Shown: positions 11,701 to 20,700 of the stretch, piece after piece
How positions within the stretch are numbered: the first letter of the stretch is position 1
Layout of the letters: the number at the start of each line of letters is the position of its first letter
Source of the DNA: Haliotis rubra
Taxonomy: Eukaryota
Reading direction: 5' to 3'
NCBI RefSeq assembly: GCF_003918875.1
Contig: NW_025767577.1
Coordinates: forward strand, 310,001-374,000
DNA length: 64,000 bases
Notes under the pieces: model-generated
The model's input: only the letters and a program-made list of their open reading frames with translations
The model's database searches: none
Told to the model about the DNA's origin: nothing
Position numbers and translations under genes: made by a program

Positions 11701-14700
11701 TTTATAGATTCATCCATTAAAGCCATAAAGAATTGGGTAAGATTACTGCATATGCCATGCCACAGGTTTCCGAAAAAATGTTATGATATGATGAAATTGT
11801 ATGACGAAAATGGGAAAAGAAATTGGGTGACTGATATTAGAGAGTTGTTGTGCAAAACAGGTTATGGTTATGTATGGTGTGATCACAATGTACAGTCCCA
11901 TGCAAATTTTATCATATCACTTACACCAAGAATGAAAGATATGTATTTCCAATCTTGGTCGGAATCATTACATCTATCAACAAAATGTTTATATTATAAT
12001 CATTGGAAATCGGATATACGTTTTGATGACTATTTAGCATCTCTCTCTCGTTTTCGTTGCTCTTCCCATTAATTATTTATTGAAACTGGCAGATATGCAG
12101 GTGTGCAAAGAGAAAACAGAATATGTCAATTATGTAATATGAATACTGTTGATATCTCCTTCTAATCTGCCCTGTTTATACGACTCTACGAACGATCTAC
12201 CTAAAGCCATACTATTATAAGCATCCAAGTGTAAGAACATTAATTTCACTATTAACAGATACTACCACATCAATATTACAGAATCTGGCAATGTACATCT
12301 ATTTCGTTATGAGTTTAAGGAAAAGGAATTGTTTTAGAAAAGAATTTGTAAATGACTTCTGACTACTCATGTAAACTTTAAATGTACTACAGGTCTATAG
12401 CCTCTTCATGTCCTGAATAAAGGTTGATTGACTATATTAACACGGAAAACCTGGACAAAGTTTTACCAATAGTTATGACAGTATATATTATTGAAAATTG
12501 GACATGTAAAATTAATTGACCACGTTTCACAATCTTCAAACGGCCAAGGGTCACATTGCGAACGAACGTGCGATACCGGTATCTTGTCTGTTGTCTGTCT
12601 AACACTACGCTAATCTAATTCACTGTGAACTTCACTCATCAACACCGATGTCTTCAATATGAAAATTATCATATAATCCCGTCAAGATAGAGTAGCTTAA
12701 GTGCGCAGTTGGCACCGTATCGTCAGTCGAGTTAGGCAATAGGATTTAGATATAGCAACTGAAGTTCACAACAACTTAATCGTCAGTGTATCAGTCAATG
12801 GGATTATCTATGATAATTGGAATAGGTATTAAACAGGGACGACACACAGTCACAAATCGTTCAGTGACTGCGCTGTAATAAATTCTTCGTCTATTTACTC
12901 AGGTTTTGTGTTGTGTTGTGTTGTGTTGATTGTGGGTTGGTATGGTCAGATCTCTTCCCAAGCGAACTGATTCCCCAAACTCTCGCGTTTTAATAACCCC
13001 ATTATACAAAATAACAGTTTATCATAATAATAAGACATAAGCATAGATAACAATACATCTATAAGAGATCAACATTCAAAACTAGGCCACCGGTAAAGGC
13101 ATCATAGAGACTAGGTCAAAATATTTAATTTACGGACAAAAATCAAAGTGGAGATATTAGGGTTAGTGATACTGACGACGGTGAACACACTGGAAAAGCA
13201 AATTGTATAATCCAAATTTGTTCTGTCTCAAAATGAGCAAGGAAATGTCACCGAAAATGAACATGAATACAATAAACTATGTTTATAACGAACACGTTTA
13301 TAACTCGTGGTTAATACAAACAATTTTTTCGTCTTTGCTACTGGGCGGTGATTAAGCGTTGGCTCGTCACGCCGAAGACCCGGGTTCGAATCCCCACATG
13401 GGCACAATGAGTGAAGCCCATTTCTGGTGTCCCCCCGCCGTGATGTTGCTGGACTGTTGCTAAAAGCGGCGTAAAACAAAACTAAGTCAGTCAGTCAGTC
13501 AGTTAGTCTTTGCTACTTCTTGTTTCTCTTAGTCGAAATGGGTTTAACCAACTATGGTTGTAACGAAATTAAGTCAGCGGTTCCTCGGGGTTCGTTACAA
13601 CCGTAGTTTACTATTGCTGACGACTTGAATTTCAACTTACTTTTCTGTAGCCTCTTCACCCCATCACAAGTCAGAGGACGCCGTCCGTCACATATAAAGT
13701 CCAGCGTTACATCACCTAATCGTGTGATGTCTACACTGAAGTTTGTGTTAGCGGTGAAGTCTGTTACAACACTGACGTTGTGTCTCATCCCCAACTGTCC
13801 AGTCACATCACCAGTAGTGAGATCAAAGCCAGTCTCCACAGAACAGTAGTAGCCTGTGATGTCCACAGTCAGAGTCAGCTGTGTTCCAGGTTCCAGGGAG
13901 GCGGGGTCCTCGTCACTGCTGATGTTACAGTGTGGAACCTCTGATAGCAGGAAAACAAAATATAAACAATGTGATGACTTGGTATTTCACTCAAACATTT
14001 ACACAGTTGAAAAAGTTACTTAAACATCCACTACCTTTTGAATGCATATGATACGAGTATTACCATCATGTGTTAGAAATGAAACACTGTGCCCGTCCCA
14101 GTGACGACACATGTCAGCAGATAAGCATCTACCTATTTATCTATCGAAAGAGGATGTATTGTTTAATTCTGAAGGCACGAATGATTGTAGCAATAGGTAA
14201 TATAGTAGCATGGCCATATCATTTCTGGGATTCCTGATTGCAGGACAATATGGAGAAACAGAAGTAAAAACCACATGAAGACTTTCTCAATGTATATGAT
14301 ACCAGTATTACCATTGTGTGTTAGGAATGCTAAATGAAAACTGCTCGTCAAAGTGATGATATATGTTGTATATTCTGACGGCATGGATGATTGTCCCGAT
14401 AGTCAATATGGTAACTGTGGGATATCTGATAGCAGGACAATATGGACAAGATATTCAAAAACCCTGACGAAGGGCAAGAAGTATCCCAGAAACGTTGTGA
14501 AAAAACAAATCAAGAAGTTGTTATCCATAAGATTTTTCTTGTATTACTACACCAACTTCTAAATGCCTTGATTGTTAAATTGACAAATGACGCGTTCGTT
14601 TATACGTTATTTTGTTCCATCATATTCTGAATGTACTTTGAAAGTTGTAGACATTTTATAGTGCCCTACAATGTATGCATTTTGAAAAATCTTTTTCAGT

Positions 14701-17700
14701 GTTTCAGGATGTAGACAGTTTTATTCTATTGTTCCTATTGTCTGACCTCTAAAACAGAATTTGGTGAAAACTGCTACAATTATTTAGTTACTGCTACATT
14801 TATATACATGTATATCCAAAATTATCACATATCAAGTTATGCAATATAATTAACTTGTTAACGTCACATTAAATTTATCAATTTGCTTTGAACAAATGCC
14901 CATAATACTTGTTTTCATTCATTGTCGAATACAGTGATCAAAATTGACTGTTATTTTGTTTTCGGCCAAAGATTTTCATATCATGTATAAGTGAACCGCC
15001 ACCAAATTATGTTTGCAAATTTGGCAACACTTTTTAGTCAGTCTATGACAGTGTGTCAGACTTTAGAAAATCAGAAACAATGTAGAGACAACAACCAATC
15101 AGATAACCACGGTCTGGTCTGATGGTGGGGAAAGACAACCAATCAGATAGCCACGGTCTGGTCTGATGTTTGGAGAAGACAACCAATCAGATAGCCACGG
15201 TCTGGTCTGATGTTTGGAGAAGACAACCAATCAGATAGCCACGGTCTGGTCTGATAGCCACGGTCTGGTCTGATGGTGGGAGAAGAAAACCAATCAGATA
15301 GCCACGGTCTGGTCTGATGGTGGGGGAAGACAACAGGTCTGATAGCCACGGTCTGGTCTGATGGTGGGAGAAGACAACCAATCAGATAGCCACGGTCTGG
15401 TCTGATGGTGGGATAAGACAACCAATCAGATAGCCACGGTCTGATCTGATGGTGGGGGAAGACAACCAATCAGATAGCCACGGTCTGGTCTGATGATGGG
15501 GGAAGACAACCAATCAGATAGCCACGGTCTGGTCTGATGGTGGGGGAAGACAACCAATCAGATAGCCACGGTCTGGTCTGATTCTGGGGGAAGACAACCA
15601 ATCAGATAGCCACGGTCTGGTCTGATGGTGGGGGAAGACAACCAATCAGATAGCCACGGTCTGGTCTGATGGTGGGGGAAGACAACCAATCAGATAGCCA
15701 CGGTCTGGTCTGATGGTGGGGGAAGACAACCAATCAGATAGCCACGGTCTGGTCTGATGGTGGGGGAAGACAACCAATCAGATAGCCACGGTCTGGCCTG
15801 ATGGTGGGAGAAGACAACCAATCAGATAGCCACGGTCTGGTCTGATTCTGGGGGAAGACAACCAATCAGATAGCCACGGTCAGGCCTGATGGTGGGAGAA
15901 GACAACCAATCAGATAGCCACGGTCTGGTCTGATTCTGGGGGAAGACAACCAATCAGATAGCCACGGTCTGGTCTGATGGTGGAGGAAGACAACCAATCA
16001 GATAGCCACGGTCTGGCCTGATGGTGGGGGAAGACAACCAATCAGATAGCCACGGTCTGGTCTGATGGTGGGAGAAGACAACCAATCAGATAGCCACGGT
16101 CTGGCCTGATGGTGGGTGAAGACATTCAACACTGAAAACATTATTATGCTCTATGTATAACAAGTTCTTTATATATTGTGATGCGACGTTTGGATATAGA
16201 TTCGTATACCGTTGTCAAGCAGTGTGTTCTTACTTAATAGTGTTCACGAATGGTGTTTCAAAGTAACAGGACAGTGGGTCCTGTAAGCTTCAGATGTTTG
16301 TCTGACCCATAGAATAAAATTAAACACACATTTTATAAACAGCAAACAAGTGTCACATGTCACATATAACAACTTCAGTCAAAGTCATTGGGAAATATAC
16401 AGTCAGACACTGGGTTGTAGACTTCTATCAGACCTTTGGCAAATCTGCCAGAGGGTCAGACGCTATTCGTGAACACTGTGTTAGATGTACATGAGTCGGT
16501 TCTGTGTTATGTTACTTTACACTTGCTTGACAACGGTATACGAATCTATACCGAACGTCGCATCATAATATAACAAGAAGCTGTTGTTTATCAAGTAGTG
16601 TACCTTTTCTTATCATTCACCAACTTCTAAAATACCAATTAAACAGATTACTCAACACTCACGAACTGCCGTCAGTTGACACACTTCGACAGGAGTGGCA
16701 TCCACTACAGTCGCATCCGCGATCTTCCATGTGCCAGCATCTGCTGCTCTATTATTCTCAATAGTAAGCGTGGAGTTTGCGGTGTTCATCGTTGCTCTGT
16801 ATCCTGCAGTAGGGCTGCAGCTGGGGTTGCAGGTGACGACGTAGCGACCATCACTTGGTCGGACCCACATGAAGCCTGTATAGTTGCTTCTGTCACCTAC
16901 AATGGTGAACTCTTTTCCAAGCTGACCAGCACCGCCCGGACACGTGGAATCTACCTGTGGGGGATCTGCAATGAAAGGCAGTGTGTTGCTGTTAATGTAT
17001 GTACACTACCCGTTCTGCCTTAGTGGGGAAGTAGTCTATTGTACCGCAGTAAAATGCTTGATAGCAGTGTTAGCATCAACATCTAAAAGTCCCATCTATT
17101 CCAAATGAGACGTCGTCGATGAATAAACCTTTTTTATCAAAATCATAACAGCTTCTAATAAAATGCCGTGTATAGACCTGAAGTTATTGCACCAAAGTAA
17201 TGATCANNNNNNNNNNNNNNNNNNNNNNNNNNNNNNNNNNNNNNNNNNNNNNNNNNNNNNNNNNNNNNNNNNNNNNNNNNNNNNNNNNNNNNNNNNNNNN
17301 NNNNNNNNNNNNNNNNNNNNNNNNNNNNNNNNNNNNNNNNNNNNNNNNNNNNNNNNNNNNACTGGGATATGAAACACCATGTCAGCGAGCCTGATCACCC
17401 GATCCCGTTAGTCGCCTCTTACTACAAACATGAGTTGCTGAACACCAACTGTAACCTGGACCATCACGGGTCTGTTTAATTGATTGTATTACGGGAATTG
17501 ACTGATTACAGGTAATTATTTTCCGATATCTCTCATATAATACCCACAGTAGCTACACCTGATGCAGACTAGATTATTGGCATAGACAGAGCAGGGTATT
17601 GCTTCAAAACACAATCAAACAAGGGCTGAAACCGGACAAGGGGTGACTACTTGTCGCAGTTTACAAACAAGGCTGATGCCTAGATCGTTACAACTTAGCC

Positions 17701-20700
17701 AGCGGTAAGCCTGCTGTTTGCGCAGTGACGACAGCTTAACAAGCCGATGACCTGTTTGAAGCAAACTGTACTTGTTGGACCATTATCAGATATCGTACGA
17801 ATATTCGCTACTACAACCAAGAACCGCACCCGAGGCGGCTCCACTCAGGCTCCGCGCTCACCTCGGCGACCCCAGTACACGTTGTGACTCCTACTCGTTG
17901 CCAACTACCTTGAAGTGCTTCATGTCCATTACAAAATAAACAAAGTCATTCCCAGTGCTTCGGAATTGGGGAACATTATGTCCAATATTCCCAGGTATGG
18001 CTGCGTTTCAGTTATTGTATTCAACTATCGAGGAATCATTGTGTAGTTGGATTGGTCTTCGGAGAGATTCCCGGAATTGGGTGCATCTTCACACGTGAAT
18101 TACAATAACTCCGCCTTTTATTTAAATGGTGAATGCTAGTATGTGTTAGCTTGTTATGTTTATACTTGACAACGATACTATACAGAAACAATAAACTAAT
18201 CGTAACAGAAATAGCGGATAATCTGTACCTCGTGAATTCGGGGTTGCAAGTCTTGACCTTTTAGTCAGTTAAGTTAAGGGAATACCTGTACTTGGAAAAG
18301 GCGTTGTTGTTGTTGCTGTTGTTGTTGGTGGTGTTGTTGTTGTTGGTGTTGTTGTTGTAGTTGTTGTTGCAAACACGATTGTCTCTGTTGTTTCCGTTGA
18401 TGGCGTCACTGTTGGGAAAATATCAAATTAATGTCCTCCATATCTGGTAAAGACAGTTTGCGACTAATACTACTCCACTGTTATGATAGATCATAGGAAA
18501 ACGATTCAAAGTAGAAATAAAATGAATATGACAAGAAATGAGAACAGCTTTGTAATGTCTCCTAATGTCTTTGTTGTGCAATTATTTTATTAGTGTTATT
18601 TTATTTCAGTTTTGTGGATGAGTGTGAAGACATCTACCTTCATCTTCTGTTACCACGATCACATCTACAACCACCACTCACTGCGTACCATCTGACACTA
18701 AAATATGGATTCTCGTGTTTACATACCTGTCGTTGTCCAAGGTATCGTGGAGTCATTCACTGGTAAGAGAGATGTTGATAATTAAGCCAAATATCGTATT
18801 AACTGATCATGCAGGTTACATGCAGGTTATATTTACTGTCAGACAGAGGAAAAGATACACTTGAAAGTTGGGTTTGAGGTGAGGTGAAATGGAGTTTACT
18901 TGAGACTGTGTATGACGACGTCCATGCATGTGTATGTGTATGTGTATGTGTGGCTGCTTGTACTAGCCCAGACTGAAGATGGTTTTATAGTGCTAGCCCA
19001 CTGAGATACCATGCCGCAGTGAAGCATGAATACCCCACTCAGACACATTATACTGACTCCGAGCCGACCAGTCCTTGTTGTACCCATTAATGCCGAGCGC
19101 CAGGCAGGGACCAACAAGTACCATATTTTAGCGTCTTTTGGTATGACGCGGCCGGGGATCGAACTCGCGACCTTCCGCTCTCCGGGCGGACGCTCTAACC
19201 ACTACACCACGGAGGCGGTCTCACATTGATCTAACGAAAACATACACATGTAAACTATTCATATGCTAGCATGCTTGTACTAACAACAGACTGCCACGGT
19301 TTGATGTACCTCAGTAATGTTCATACATAAATATAGTGGCAGTGTTGAATTATGTCATTAGGTTCTTGAATACCCACAAAGTGGAATTAGAGTATTGAAA
19401 GGTTTTTAAGTTCTGCTCCGGAAACGAGCACTACCACCAATTTCAATCAAAGTAAAACTTGTCGCCACGGAACAGCAAAAAATATTTTAGTCAGATATCC
19501 CAAACTACCAAAAAGAACCAGGGGCCCTATTCTCGAAACGTTCGTAGCCCTAAGAATTTTTAACTTTGACCGTAGCCAATGTCTTAGGAATGGGCTTAAG
19601 AAGTTCGTAGGGCTACGTTTCGAGAATAGCTAGCCTGTTCACCACCAGACCTATCTATGTGCCAAGTTTGGTGACGAGATTTGTTATGGTTTTTATGTTC
19701 TGCTCCGGAAAAGACGAATTTGCACGGACGGACGGAGTCCAAAATGCTTCTGCCTTATCCCTTCTGTGTGTTCCACTTTATCCTTTACTTACTGCCAGTA
19801 ACTACCCTAGCCTATATATACCCTGGTATATATGCTCTGCTTTATCCTTTACTCCCTCCTAGTTGAGGGGGTTATAAAAGTCTGCAACCAAAGCTGCTTT
19901 GTTCGATGTTCAACATCGAAGCAGAGTGTAATCTCTTTGGAGATGTTATTTACAGAAGGGCAACACTTATGACATGCCACGGATCGGACGTTTATTTGAT
20001 ATTTCTGTTCAACACTATAACCAGTGCAACAGCTCGGGCACTTCCTGGGTGGAGACCAACGAGTGACAGAACAGTATGTAACAAGTTATAGATATATAAA
20101 CCCCAAACTGTTACGCATGGGCATTCATGCATACTCAACAACTATCTGATTTACGATAATGGATGTATGTATACGAAGTGCAATCTAGGAGATGATTTTA
20201 TTGTTTAGCTAATTTTCGGAATATGTCTATGTTTACAAACCAGTAGATGTTGGTGTATCAGATGTCGTCGAAGACGTATCTGCAAGAATCAAGAAAAATA
20301 ACACTCATCACCCATGTCATATAATACTATACCAACAATGTACATATACATTTCCTTTGTTAAATACTGTTCTATGCACGTCTTCTCATGGGCCTGGCGT
20401 ATGTGTCCTGCTTTATCCTTTACTTACTACACAAGTTATGCTTAGCCTGGTCTGTGTGTCCTGCTTTATCCTTTACTTACTACACGAGTTATGCTTAGCC
20501 TCGTCTGTGTGTTCTACTTTATCCTTGACTCACTACACAAGTTATGCTTAGCCTCGTCTGTGTGTCCTGCTTTATCCTTGACTCACTACACAAGTTATGC
20601 TAAGCCAGGTCTGTGTGTCCTGCTTTATCCTTTACTCACTACACAAGTTATGCTTAGCCTCGTCTGTGTGTTCTGCTTTATCGTTTACTTAGTCGCAATA

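Noticed and set aside
10101-13940. ZP-N / VERL-type repeat identity for the four-Cys domains
   Set aside because: Size and Cys count fit, but the C2-C3 spacing (about 50 aa) is much longer than in ZP-N and no ZP-C is present; a structure search is needed to exclude it fully
15090-16125. CRISPR-like look of this and the other regular repeats
   Set aside because: Head-to-tail units without unique spacers, no cas genes, eukaryotic context
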